Shown piece after piece: positions 49,901-63,789 of a stretch of 64,000 nt of DNA. The stretch covers positions 496,001-560,000 of the forward strand of contig JAUFOR010000008.1 in NCBI GenBank assembly GCA_040285745.1. Reading direction: 5' to 3'. The notes below the pieces were generated by a model. The model was not told the DNA's origin, searched no databases, and was given only the letters and a program-made list of their open reading frames with translations. This DNA comes from Barthelona sp. PCE. Its lineage: Eukaryota. The position numbers were made by a program, and so were the translations under genes. Position 1 is the stretch's first letter, and each line of letters opens with the position of its first letter.

Positions 49901-52900
49901 ACAATCTTGTCTCCAGAGAGAGGATCAATGAACTTTGCACCAACACGGATGGGGACATACTCACCGCTGCGAACAGACTTTGCCAGTCCACCGATTGGTT
50001 TGATCTCACCGTGCGGTGCCTGGATTGTGATGTTCATGATAGGAACTATAGCACCAGATACAGGATCGCGCATCGGTTCGTGTAAAACGATGGGGATGTC
50101 TAAACCAGTGACAGGATCAACGTGCATACCACCCAGCGCAACGGCTGAGTTGGTAGATGGGTCGATCGTGGCACCGATAACAGGCACCTTGTTACCAGAG
50201 GTTGGGCACGTCATCATGTCACCTAATGAGAGGCATTTGATGCTCTCCGGTGGGTGGTTAATGGCTGAAACGCAACCTCCTTTGGTGGGGTGGATCGGCG
50301 GTGGAATGTACGGAATAAGCTTAGCATTAACGGGCAAGTTAGGTGAGTCGTAGAAGACAGGCTGACTGGTTGCAGTATCAATTGCAACAGAGCCGACTAT
50401 TGGGACAACAGAGAAATCATTTGGATTGACGATCATGTCTGAGGGACAAGGGAGTAAATCACCGTTCTCACGCACCAACTGGACACCAGGAACAGGACCA
50501 ACAAATTTAGTTGCTAGATCACGACGAGTGATACCAGGAACGATCTTAAGTGTTGTGTCAGGGCCCATTAGAGCCTGTTTCATTGCAAAACCAGTTGTGG
50601 GATCTAGAATATAAACCTTACCTGTCTGTGAAAGCATGCCATACTTACGGCGTTCCTCTTCATGGTTAATCTCCTCGCGGAGGTTGTTTTCATGAGAGTT
50701 CAACTGTGCGAGCAACTTACGAGCGGCAGACATTGCCTTTTCATCAGAGGGATCTGAAAGCAAATCGGCGAGGAGCTTGTTCAGCTCGTTAAGAATCTTA
50801 TCCGAATCATTCATGACGTTGGTAACGTTCTCAGTATGCTTGGATCCTTCCTTCTGTTCCTTGATGAAGTCGTTGTTCAGGTTGTTGATGATAACACTGA
50901 ACTCCTTCATCATCTTCTTGCGCTTGGAAGCATCCTGACCGTTGAGTTCAAGAAGCTGCTGCATACGCTTAGCCATTTCCTTTGCTACAGCACCGGAAAC
51001 ACGGTTAGGTAGAGCATCAACCTTAGCAGTGACAATGTTACGGAGAAGGTCCGAATCCTTCTGCAGTTTGTCGCAGAAGTCATCCAGCTTCTCATCGTGA
51101 TCGCCGAGAAGATTCTTCATCTGGTTACGTTGTTCGGCAAGCTTTTCGAAGAAAGTCTTGACGTTGAAACCTTCAAGATCTACAATCCAATCATCATCCT
51201 TCCACTCCATCTCGAACTCGTTACCAGCATCAATCATTGCATTACGGAACTTGCGAGAGTACTGTGCGAAATCGTGGTGCTGTCCAACAGTACGATAGGC
51301 CGGGGGCTTACCCTTCACACGAGCCCATTGTCTGCGCTGGAAGATGCACATACCAACGACAACAACACCAGCAGCAACAAGGACACCGAGAAGCAGAAGA
51401 AGAACGAGCACCCAATCAGGGCTCAATAGGATTGAATCCGAACGACGGACACCGAGCGCAACCATGTTGGAGGACGTGGAAGCGACGATGCGTGCCTCTG
51501 TCGGGCATCTGGTGTTCTCTGGCATTACCGATATCATTAACTTTCGGGCGCTGTTTGCGTTTGATGAGAACACGTGAACACCATCAGTTGTAAAGGTGAA
51601 ACCGAACAGTGTAACGTTGAGAGATGCGCTCAAACGGGCATCAAGAGAACGGAACATACCGTAATCGAAGTTGGTATCAGTGTTATGAAGGGAATCTTTA
51701 TCGTAGACGGGGTACTGGCCATCAGATACATCAAACAGCACAGTTTCTCCAAGCTCAACACAGACCATCGGTTGTGGGAGGTATGAATCATCAGGAATGT
51801 ATTCAGCACCTGTCACAATGAGGTCCGATATGAATGTCGTCAGATATGCAACTGTGGGGTTATACACACCCTGGAACGTAGCATTTGTGACCTTGATAAC
51901 CTGTGTAGGGCAAGAAGTCTCACCAGAATCAGGAGAACATGATATATCACCGAGGTAACCTGGAAGACCATGGATATTAACCTTTGCAACAGTGGAATCA
52001 TCGTAGTTTGAACTAACTTGGATCCACGGCTCGGTTTCACCTAGATCGAGGTCAGCGGGAACGATTGAGATCTCAGTCATTTGCGCACGACAAGTAGCAT
52101 TACAGATTACGTCTTCATCCAAAGTTTCGGAACAAATACAAAGACCGAGAGACTCGTCGAATGAACCGGATCCAGAAGGACATTCGGTCTTACATGTGGA
52201 GAGAGAAGCAGGTGTTACGCACAACCCCTCTGTGGTTCTAAACTGACCGTCATCACAACGATCATATACGATCGGCTGACAGTCAATAATTGAATCGGCA
52301 TCAGTTTGTGCGACACCGTTAGAGTCGTAGAACTGGTAACCAGGCTCGCAGATACAAGAACGATCAGAAATTTGGAATGCACGGTTGGCACCAACACACT
52401 GACATGTTTTTGCAGCCTCAGAAGAATAAGCTGAGGGACCACATGGGAGACAGCCAGATTTACCATACCAATACGAGTAAGAACCAGCAGCACATGCAGT
52501 ACAGCTTGAAGAGTTACCTTGCTGTGTAAGTGAGTTGAAGTAACCGGGCGCACAAGGCGTGGGAGTAACATCACCAGACTCGCAGTAATAACCAACGGGG
52601 CAGACGTAACCACCCTGGCTTGTAGCATTTGTAGGGGTTGTAGTTATAGCACCCTCAACACAGATGAAACCGGCCTCGCAGATGGTCTTTGTTAAACGGT
52701 CAGCAGCGTCACATGCATATCCTGGAGGACAGATGAGACAGGCGTTATCCAACGAATCCTTGAGTGCCGCGTCAGGGTTATATATATAACCGATTGGGCA
52801 CAGAATTGGTGATGTGGTGTTTTCAGGGCAATACATACCGTCAGGACACTCTGTAGGGATAGTAGTGTTCAGATCAGGACAGTAAGAGCCAGCAGGACAC

Positions 52901-55900
52901 GGATCACAGTCATAAATAGACTCACCACGAAGATCGGCACGGTATGAACCTGTAGGACATGCAACTGGCTCAAATGATCCAGCCTCACAGTAGAAACCAA
53001 TAGGACACGAGTACGTAGTGTAATCATCGGTCATTGTTTCGTTACAGATGTATCCGGCCGGGCAAGTGATACAGTCACCGAGAGACGACATGTTGTAGTC
53101 AGGATTGTATGTTGTGATAGGGCACACCTTAGGCAGTTCGTTATGAGGGCAGTATGAACCGCGAGGACAGTCGAATGGAGCAGAACCGTTACAAACCTGA
53201 CCAGCTGTGCAGATTACACACTCTGAAACCTGAGATGCACCATTGGTTAAAGTCCATGTCAATATCGGACACGTAATAGGAATATCCGTTCCGGCAGGGC
53301 AGTAGTAGCCCATAGGACAAGGTGATCCCATTGATAGAGATCCGTCTGGAATGGACGTATTTGATCCACCGTTACAGATGTAACCTGCAGTACAGTTGCC
53401 AACTATGTCACCACCTGCACAGAACTGACCGGCAGGACACTGGTAACACTCGGCCTCTTGTGTGAGATTACCTGTGGGACCATAAGTTCCACCAGGGCAG
53501 GGTGTCGGGATTTCTGAGCCAAGTTCACAATAGTCGCCCAACGGACAGTCAGTGGGTGTTGTTGCATTGTTCTGACAGTACTTACCTGCTGGGCATGTGA
53601 TGCACGAATCCTTCGCGGTGGAAGGCTGATATGTACCATCAGGGCAACCAAGTGGTGTGAACGTACCAGCGGGACAGTATGAACCGGCAGGACATTCCTC
53701 CTGTGGAATCTGGCCCTCGGTGTCTGGCTTTGAAAGCGGACAGTAGAATCCAGCGGTACACAATGTGCACTCAAACTGGGCAGTTGTGTCGGTATAAGTA
53801 CCGGCAGAACAAGGAAGAGGGGATATTGTCCTTTCAGGACAGTAGAAACCCACAGGACATGGCGCACCTGTTGAGTTGTCAACACCACTAGGTTCGGCCG
53901 TGACAGCACCTTGCACGCAGTAGAAACCAGCTGTACAGTTACCATCGGGAGCAGTGAGGCCAGTGTTCTCACAGTACATACCGGGAGTACATTCTACACA
54001 AGATGTATTATCAACAGCATGTGTTGTGGGGTTGTAAGTACCGATAGGACACGGTACAGGTGAAGATGTGCCTTCTGGGCAGTAATGTCCTGTAGTACAA
54101 GCACCACCATAACCGGAATCGTCTGTGGGTTCGTCAACTTCAGCTGATCCGTTACAGTAGTAACCAGCAGCACAGTTAGTACCGTCTGTGGTCATACCCA
54201 TCGTTGGGCAGTAAAGACCAGGTGAGCACGTTTCGCACTCGTCCACAGAACGAAGGTTGGTGTTGGGTGTGAACATACCACGAGGACAGCGTGTCGGTGC
54301 GACACTTCCCTCCGGACAGTAGTTTCCATCGGGACAGTCTACTGGTACCGTCATTGTTGTATTTGGACAGTAGAAGCCTTCCGTACACGGGAAGCACTCT
54401 CCCTGTTGTGTCATATCGTTGTATGTACCGATAGCACAGTCAAGAGGAGAGGATGATCCATTAACAGAGTACTGACCAACGCCGACTGGGTTCTGAAGAG
54501 GTGTTGAGGCACCACCTGTACAGTAGTAACCAGCATAACATGGGCCAGTTGGGTATGGGTTTCTAGTACCGGAACAGTAGTAACCAGGATCACAAGAGAA
54601 ACAGTCGACTTCAGAACGAGCGCCTGAAACGTTGTTGTAAGTACCAGCGGGGCAAGAAACAGACTGAGCTGAGCCTAAGGGACAGTAACCGCCAGGGGGA
54701 CAGATACCACCGCTTTCATCGTCTGGTGGGGCACTTGTATATGCACGAGTCGAGCAGTAATAACCTGGCTCGCACTTTCCAGTGGGGTTGGGCTGACCGA
54801 GACCGTCACAGTAGTAACCACCTGGACAAGCTGTACATTCCTCGACAAAACCAAGGTTCGTCGCATTACCGTATGTTCCCAGTGGGCATGGTTCGGGGAT
54901 CGAAGTGCCGGTGGGGCAGTAGTAGCCACGTGGACAATTCAGAGGATCTGAAGTAGCCTCAGGACAGTAGTAACCGAGGTTACAGATTGCACAGAAAGAC
55001 TCCTCTTCACCCTTTGTAATATTCCTGAATGAACCGGAAGGACATGGGATCTGGGTGGGACCTGTAGACCCGGAAGGGCAGTAATAGCCAGTGTCACATT
55101 CACCAGTCACCTCTTCTGAGCCAAGAAGACAGTAGTATCCCGGAGGACACTCTAAACAGTCGAGCGCTGACGTCTTGCCAGTGACGTTTGTGTAACGACC
55201 AGCAGGACAGTCTGTAGGCAGAACGGTTGCCTCAACACAGTACTTTCCGATAGGACATGAATTTTCGCCAACAGTGGGCACATGATCAGTGTTGAGATCA
55301 CAGTACTTACCGGCGGGACACAGATAAGTGTTTGTGATGTCATCCAAAGTTGTCGAGTTCGAAGGGCAGTACTTACCCTGTGGGCAGTCGATGCATGATG
55401 TGGCACCATCGTCGGAGTAATAACCGACTCCACACTCGATAGGATCGACTGTGTTCAGTGGACAGCGGTAACCAGCGGGACACAACTGACATGCAGGATA
55501 GCTTCCCGGTCCGATCGATTCGGTGTTAGTGCTGTTGCTGTATGAACCAGCAGGACAGTCAATAGGAGCTGTTGATGCCATGGGACAGTAGCTTCCCTCT
55601 GGGCAATCTGTACAAGCAGATGATGCTGTGAGATCTGTTGCACTCGAGTAGGTACCCGCTGGGCACGCGTTATCGTTGCCGTTGGTGGTGCTTTCAGGAC
55701 AGTAATAACCTGCCGTACAAGGACCAGAAATTGTTGCCTGACCACCGATACAGTGGGAGCCACCAGGACATGGGGTACAATCTCCAACAGCTTCGTTCAT
55801 AGCGTTGGGTGAGTATGAGCCGCCAGGACAGTTGTTCTCCTCTGTGTCGGTTGTTCCAGCAGGACAGTAATGTCCCGAAACACACGGTTGAGGAGGGTTA

Positions 55901-58900
55901 GAGATATAACCGTTACCACCGGAACAAGCGAATCCAGCAGGACAAATTGTGCACTCTGTCTGGTCTGTCAGATTAGTACGAGATGTGAACGTTCCTGCTG
56001 GGCAGGGGTAGGCATCGATAACGGAAGTACCCTCAGGACAGTAATGTCCCTCATCGCACTCCTCATCGGGGTTGATGAGACCAGTCGTTGAACATACCTT
56101 ACCTGCGGTACACAATGTGCAAGAGGTTGTGGCGACACCACCTGTACCAGTTCTGAAACGACCAGCAGGACACAGCGAAGGACTAGATGTGCCCTGGGCA
56201 CAATAGCGACCGGCAGGGCATATGATACAGTCGTTCAATTCCACGCGGTTGCTGGCACCGTTGTAGTAACCTGCGGGACAGGGATACTGAGTCGCGGAGT
56301 ATGTACCCTCGAGACAGTAGTGACCAGTTGGGCACGATGAGATACTGGTTGCACCCGCAGGACAGTATGAACCGGCGGGACAGATAGTGCAATCCGCCTG
56401 ATTAATGTTGCCTTGGTTGGGCGAATAGTAACCCATACCGCTGAACACACCGCAAGTTGATGGGTTGGCGGTACCAGCTGGACAATAGTGACCAGCAGGG
56501 CACTCGTTTGCACCAGAGATAGAAACAGTTCCTGACACACAATAGTGTCCCTCCTCACACTCAATGCATGCTGCACTAGACGAACCACCGGTGTTGGGGT
56601 TGTACGTTCCAGCAGGACATGCGGTCCAATGTGAAGGTGGGTTGCAGTAACCGCCTGCTGCACACTCCTTACCGGTTGGTTCGGCCTGCGTCTCACCCAC
56701 TTCGCAAATGAAACCGTTCGTGCAAGCCAGACAAGCACTGACACCACCGGGAGAGTATGTACCGTGGGCGCACAGTGTTGGAGCAACACTGGGCAACGAA
56801 CACTCGTAACCTGCAGGACAGATCGTACAGTTCTGTTGACCGCCTAGAGAGTAATATCCAGCCAGACAGCCTACAGGGGAAGAAGCCGCAGTGGGGCATT
56901 CGTACCCAGCCGGGCACATTGTGCATGAAGCGGCGTCGGCAGCACTGTAATAACCAGTCGAACAATCCTCACAGGTGATAGCACCAGCAGCGCTGTAAGT
57001 ACCAGCAGGACAAGTTTCTGGAGCAACGTCCTTATCCGGACACTTCGATCCTGAGGGACACTGGCTACAGAAGTGCATACCTGATGATGCCTGGTAGTAT
57101 CCTGAACTGCATGCTTCACAAACGATGGAACCTGCAGAAGAATAAGAGCCAGCCGCACAAAGTACAGGGTTGACAGCAGCGTTGCTACACTCGTAACCCT
57201 GAGTACATTCCGTACACGAGGCCTCACCATCAAGTGAGTAGAAACCGCTAGGACACGGGTTCTCTGTGTTGGTAGATGTTGAGGGACACGCCACACCAGC
57301 AGGGCATGACGTACATACCGTCTCTCCAGCAACAGAATATGATCCACTGGAACAGGTTGTGATACCAGTACCATCGAGGTTAGGGCATTCCTTACCAGCC
57401 TGACATGTTGTACACGTACCAGCACCAGCAGCGGAGTATTCACCAGCAGAACACGGGAGCTCAGCGGTAGAACCAGCAGGGCATCGTGTACCAGCAGAAC
57501 ACTGAGTGCAGGAAGTTGCACCAGCAGCAGAATAGTAGCCGGAAACACACTGTGTTGGGGATGTTGTGGGATTAAGACACTGAGAACCTGCGGGACAGAT
57601 TGTGCACTCGGTTAATCCAGTAGCAGAGGCGTAATATCCAGCGGGACAGTCGTAAGGTGTTGCAAGTCCAGTTGCGTTACAGAACTTGCCCAAAGGACAG
57701 TCGCTACAAGAGCCAGATGTAGAAGCTGAGTATGTTCCTGTTGAGCAGATGAGCTCAGCACTGGCACCTGTGGGACATTCGTAACCGGCAGTACAGTCGA
57801 GACACGTTGTAGCACCCGCAGAGGAGTAAGTGCCTGCACTACACTGTATAGCAGGATCGGACGCAACAGGGCACTTGGAGCCGGCAGGACAAATAGTACA
57901 GCTTGACTGACCAGATGCAGTGTTGTAATAACCAGAAGAACAACCAGTGCATGCTGTAGCACCTGCAGAAGACTTCTCTCCGGCCAGACAAGGCGTGGGG
58001 GAAGTGTCCATATCCGGACACCTCGATCCGGCAGGGCATATTGTACAAGTAGCGACGTTGCCCAGAGAGTAATATCCAGGGTCACACGCCTGCTCCGTTG
58101 TTGCGCCAGCGGGACAGTATGTACCAGCAGAACAAACTGTGCACGTCATAGCTCCTGCGTTGGAATAGAATCCATCGGCACACTGCACTGGGGCAGAGTC
58201 CTTATCTGGACATTTTGAGCCAGCAGGACATTCGAGACAGCTGGATTGGCCAGTGGATGGTTGGTAGAAACCGTCTTCACAAACGGAACAGGAAGAATCG
58301 TTGGAGAAAGTACCAGCAGCACACACCTCAGGAAGACCGGTTCCACAGTCGAGTCCTTGAGGACACTGCTCAGGAAGTCCTGCCTTATTGGGACAGTACA
58401 TATCAACTGGGCACGATTCGCATGATGTGCAACCGTATTCAACGCAATACTCGTTACTTCCACACGCTGTAGGAGAATCCATCAGTGAACTGGGACACTC
58501 AGTACCAGGAGGACAAGGGATGGGAACAGCACTGAAAGCAGGGCAGTATGAGCCAATGGGGCAGTCAATGGGTGTTGTGGTTGCGCCCATACAGTAGTAC
58601 TGAGCAGGACATGCAGCACAAGTAGTCTGATTTTCAGAACTTTGATAAGTACCAGAAGGACACGGGATTGGGTTGGAATTAGGTCTGGGAAGATAGAAAC
58701 CAGATGGTGTAGTTTCACAATATTCAGCTCCACGTGCGACAGTATAAGAACCTGAAGGACAGTCTGTAAAAGATGTCAAACCTGTTCCATAACAGTAAGC
58801 GCCCTTAGGACATACCTTACAAGCGCTCATTCCAGTTTTATCGCTGTAAAAGCCAGCATGACAGTCGTTCATATCACCACCATAACAGTAACTACCTGCT

Positions 58901-61900
58901 TCGCATACAGTGCATGAAGTCTGTGAGCCACCACTAGTGTAGTAACCGTCGGGACATACCGAAGGGCCTTCATATGGTGTGGGGCAGTAGAAACCAGCAG
59001 TACAAGCAGCACAAGCAGCCTGTCCTTCTTCGAGTTGATATTCGCCAGATGTGCACATAGTGGGAGAATCGTTTCCGGTGCCAGTACACTTGTGACCAAC
59101 TGGACAAATGATTTGATATCCAAGACCACCGGGAGTGTAGTAACCCTCGGAGGCAGGAGTACAGGAAGTATCTCCGGGCATGGAATAATCACCAGCGCCA
59201 CAAGCAGTACAAGCAGACTTGTTGGCGTTGGGGACAAAACCTCCAGGACAAAAGAAACCAGATTGACCTGGTCCAGCAGGGCACACCATACCGCTCTCGC
59301 AGTCGGTACACTCCTCAGAACCAGCGCTAGAATACTGTCCGTCAGGGCACAGCGCAGGGGCGCTCATACCTTCGACTGGAACGTAAGTGTTGGCAGGTGC
59401 AATCTCACACTGAGCTAACCCACCAGGGGAATAGTAACCCTTGGCACAGTTAGTAGGTGTAGTTGTTGTACCTGGACAGTACTTACCAGCTGGACAGCTT
59501 GAACATGAAGTGCTGTTCTCAGAACCCTGATATGTGCCTGGAGCACAAGGCAACGGCATAACATCAGAAGTGGGAGAAAAGTAACCAGTAGGTGTAGTTT
59601 CGCACCAAGCAGCACCACCGAGACTGTATGAGCCAGAGGCACATGCAACGGGTGTGTCGGTACCAACTTCCATACAGTACTTACCAGCAGGACATGCTGA
59701 ACACGAGCTCCTGCCATCGACAGGTGTGTAATATCCAGCAGGACAATCTGTTTTGCTGCCTTCTACGCAGAAGCTACCTGCTTCGCATACAGTGCATGAA
59801 GTCTGTGAGCCACCACTAGTGTAGTAACCGTCGGGACATACCGAAGGGCCTTCATATGGTGTGGGGCAGTAGAAACCAGCAGTACAAGCAGCACAAGCAG
59901 CCTGTCCTTCTTCGAGTTGATATTCGCCAGATGTGCACATAGTGGGAGAATCGTTTCCGGTGCCAGTACACTTGTGACCAACTGGACAAATGATTTGATA
60001 TCCAAGACCACCGGGAGTGTAGTAACCCTCGGAGGCAGGAGTACAGGAAGTATCTCCGGGCATGGAATAATCACCAGCGCCACAAGCAGTACAAGCAGAC
60101 TTGTTGGCGTTGGGGACAAAACCTCCAGGACAAAAGAAACCAGATTGACCTGGTCCAGCAGGGCACACCATACCGCTCTCGCAGTCGGTACACTCCTCAG
60201 AACCAGCGCTAGAATACTGTCCGTCAGGGCACAGCGCAGGGGCGCTCATACCTTCGACTGGAACGTAAGTGTTGGCAGGTGCAATCTCACACTGAGCTAA
60301 CCCACCAGGGGAATAGTAACCCTTGGCACAGTTAGTAGGTGTAGTTGTTGTACCTGGACAGTACTTACCAGCTGGACAGCTTGAACATGAAGTGCTGTTC
60401 TCAGAACCCTGATATGTGCCTGGAGCACAAGGCAACGGCATAACATCAGAAGTGGGAGAAAAGTAACCAGTAGGTGTAGTTTCGCACCAAGCAGCACCAC
60501 CGAGACTGTATGAGCCAGAGGCACATGCAACGGGTGTGTCGGTACCAACTTCCATACAGTACTTACCAGCAGGACATGCTGAACACGAGCTCCTGCCATC
60601 GACAGGTGTGTAATATCCAGCAGGACAATCTGTTTTGCTGCCTTCTACGCAGAAGCTACCTGCTTCGCATACAGTGCATGAAGTCTGTGAGCCACCACTA
60701 GTGTAGTAACCGTCGGGACATACCGAAGGGCCTTCATATGGTGTGGGGCAGTAGAAACCAGCAGTACAAGCAGCACAAGCAGCCTGTCCTTCTTCGAGTT
60801 GATATTCGCCAGATGTGCACATAGTGGGAGAATCGTTTCCGGTGCCAGTACACTTGTGACCAACTGGACAAATGATTTGATATCCAAGACCACCGGGAGT
60901 GTAGTAACCCTCGGAGGCAGGAGTACAGGAAGTATCTCCGGGCATGGAATAATCACCAGCGCCACAAGCAGTACAAGCAGACTTGTTGGCGTTGGGGACA
61001 AAACCTCCAGGACAAAAGAAACCAGATTGACCTGGTCCAGCAGGGCACACCATACCGCTCTCGCAGTCGGTACACTCCTCAGAACCAGCGCTAGAATACT
61101 GTCCGTCAGGGGCACAGCGCAGGGGCGCTCATACCTTCGACTGGAACGTAAGTGTTGGCAGGTGCAATCTCACACTGAGCTAACCCACCAGGGGAATAGT
61201 AACCCTTGGCACAGTTAGTAGGTGTAGTTGTTGTACCTGGACAGTACTTACCAGCTGGACAGCTTGAACATGAAGTGCTGTTCTCAGAACCCTGATATGT
61301 GCCTGGAGCACAAGGCAACGGCATAACATCAGAAGTGGGAGAAAAGTAACCAGTAGGTGTAGTTTCGCACCAAGCAGCACCACCGAGACTGTATGAGCCA
61401 GAGGCACATGCAACGGGTGTGTCGGTACCAACTTCCATACAGTACTTACCAGCAGGACATGCTGAACACGAGCTCCTGCCATCGACAGGTGTGTAATATC
61501 CAGCAGGACAATCTGTTTTGCTGCCTTCTACGCAGAAGCTACCTGCTTCGCATACAGTGCATGAAGTCTGTGAGCCACCACTAGTGTAGTAACCGTCGGG
61601 ACATACCGAAGGGCCTTCATATGGTGTGGGGCAGTAGAAACCAGCAGTACAAGCAGCACAAGCAGCCTGTCCTTCTTCGAGTTGATATTCGCCAGATGTG
61701 CACATAGTGGGAGAATCGTTTCCGGTGCCAGTACACTTGTGACCAACTGGACAAATGATTTGATATCCAAGACCACCGGGAGTGTAGTAACCCTCGGAGG
61801 CAGGAGTACAGGAAGTATCTCCGGGCATGGAATAATCACCAGCGCCACAAGCAGTACAAGCAGACTTGTTGGCGTTGGGGACAAAACCTCCAGGACAAAA

Positions 61901-63789
61901 GAAACCAGATTGACCTGGTCCAGCAGGGCACACCATACCGCTCTCGCAGTCGGTACACTCCTCAGAACCAGCGCTAGAATACTGTCCGTCAGGGCACAGC
62001 GCAGGGGCGCTCATACCTTCGACTGGAACGTAAGTGTTGGCAGGTGCAATCTCACACTGAGCTAACCCACCAGGGGAATAGTAACCCTTGGCACAGTTAG
62101 TAGGTGTAGTTGTTGTACCTGGACAGTACTTACCAGCTGGACAGCTTGAACATGAAGTGCTGTTCTCAGAACCCTGATATGTGCCTGGAGCACAAGGCAA
62201 CGGCATAACATCAGAAGTGGGAGAAAAGTAACCAGTAGGTGTAGTTTCGCACCAAGCAGCACCACCGAGACTGTATGAGCCAGAGGCACATGCAACGGGT
62301 GTGTCGGTACCAACTTCCATACAGTACTTACCAGCAGGACATGCTGAACACGAGCTCCTGCCATCGACAGGTGTGTAATATCCAGCAGGACAATCTGTTT
62401 TGCTGCCTTCTACGCAGAAGCTACCTGCTTCGCATACAGTGCATGAAGTCTGTGAGCCACCACTAGTGTAGTAACCGTCGGGACATACCGAAGGGCCTTC
62501 ATATGGTGTGGGGCAGTAGAAACCAGCAGTACAAGCAGCACAAGCAGCCTGTCCTTCTTCGAGTTGATATTCGCCAGATGTGCACATAGTGGGAGAATCG
62601 TTTCCGGTGCCAGTACACTTGTGACCAACTGGACAAATGATTTGATATCCAAGACCACCGGGAGTGTAGTAACCCTCGGAGGCAGGAGTACAGGAAGTAT
62701 CTCCGGGCATGGAATAATCACCAGCGCCACAAGCAGTACAAGCAGACTTGTTGGCGTTGGGGACAAAACCTCCAGGACAAAAGAAACCAGATTGACCTGG
62801 TCCAGCAGGGCACACCATACCGCTCTCGCAGTCGGTACACTCCTCAGAACCAGCGCTAGAATACTGTCCGTCAGGGCACAGCGCAGGGGCGCTCATACCT
62901 TCGACTGGAACGTAAGTGTTGGCAGGTGCAATCTCACACTGAGCTAACCCACCAGGGGAATAGTAACCCTTGGCACAGTTAGTAGGTGTAGTTGTTGTAC
63001 CTGGACAGTACTTACCAGCTGGACAGCTTGAACATGAAGTGCTGTTCTCAGAACCCTGATATGTGCCTGGAGCACAAGGCAACGGCATAACATCAGAAGT
63101 GGGAGAAAAGTAACCAGTAGGTGTAGTTTCGCACCAAGCAGCACCACCGAGACTGTATGAGCCAGAGGCACATGCAACGGGTGTGTCGGTACCAACTTCC
63201 ATACAGTACTTACCAGCAGGACATGCTGAACACGAGCTCCTGCCATCGACAGGTGTGTAATATCCAGCAGGACAATCTGTTTTGCTGCCTTCTACGCAGA
63301 AGCTACCTGCTTCACATGCAGTACATGACGTCTGGTTTGCCGCCGACGTATAGTACCCTGGTTCACAAATAGAAGGTGCAGAGAATACACTGGGTGAATA
63401 GAAGCCAATGGGAGTCTCAGAACAACTGTTTTGTCCTTCCAAATGCTGATAACCGCTTGGACAAATTGTTTGAGAACTTAAGCCAGTACCTTCACAATAG
63501 TGACCTTTAGCACAAAGCGTACAGGTTGTTTGGTTAACAAAAGCATTGTATGTGCCTTCAGGACAATCGTATTTATCGTTTCCGTCACAGTATGATCCAG
63601 CAGGGCAATCTTCACAAGAAGATACGGCGTAACTAAATGTAAGCTCAGTAAAATAGGGAATTATCGATAAAAAACACGTTAAAGCAAGAAAATCGATTTA
63701 ATAACAAACAATTGCATCTCAGGGCATGCAGTAGCCCCAATAGCCAACGCCAAAATGGCTATGAACACAAAAAACTGCAATTTATGCAT
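43903..63789 (-). CDS. Giant cysteine-repeat (GCC2/GCC3, ephrin-receptor-like CPxGxYC) single-pass membrane protein, ~6,600 aa; exon 1 63789-63710, exon 2 63632-43903, +1 G at 61109-61112
   Basis: Signal-peptide exon MHKLQFFVFIAILALAIGATAC splices in frame to YAVSSCEDCPAGSYC; ORFs 61106-63442 and 43903-61053 join if the extra G is removed; TM at ~51340-51414; long cytoplasmic coiled coil. Confidence 0.88.
58892..63313 (-). repeat. Intragenic tandem array: five 882-bp (294-aa) units, apparently identical
   Basis: Anchor CTACCTGCTTC recurs at 58892, 59774, 60656, 61539, 62421 and 63303 (spacing 882, 882, 883, 882, 882); shadow ORFs repeat identically. Confidence 0.97.
63633..63709 (-). other. 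77-nt spliceosomal intron (GTTTGT…GCTTACATTTAG), phase 2
   Basis: GT-AG, AT-rich; removal joins CAA TT|T TAC in frame with the Cys-repeat ORF and supplies the otherwise missing ATG and signal peptide. Confidence 0.85.

Noticed and set aside
58892-63313. Regular repeats as a CRISPR array or satellite
   Set aside because: In-frame 294-codon coding units with no spacers, in a eukaryotic context.
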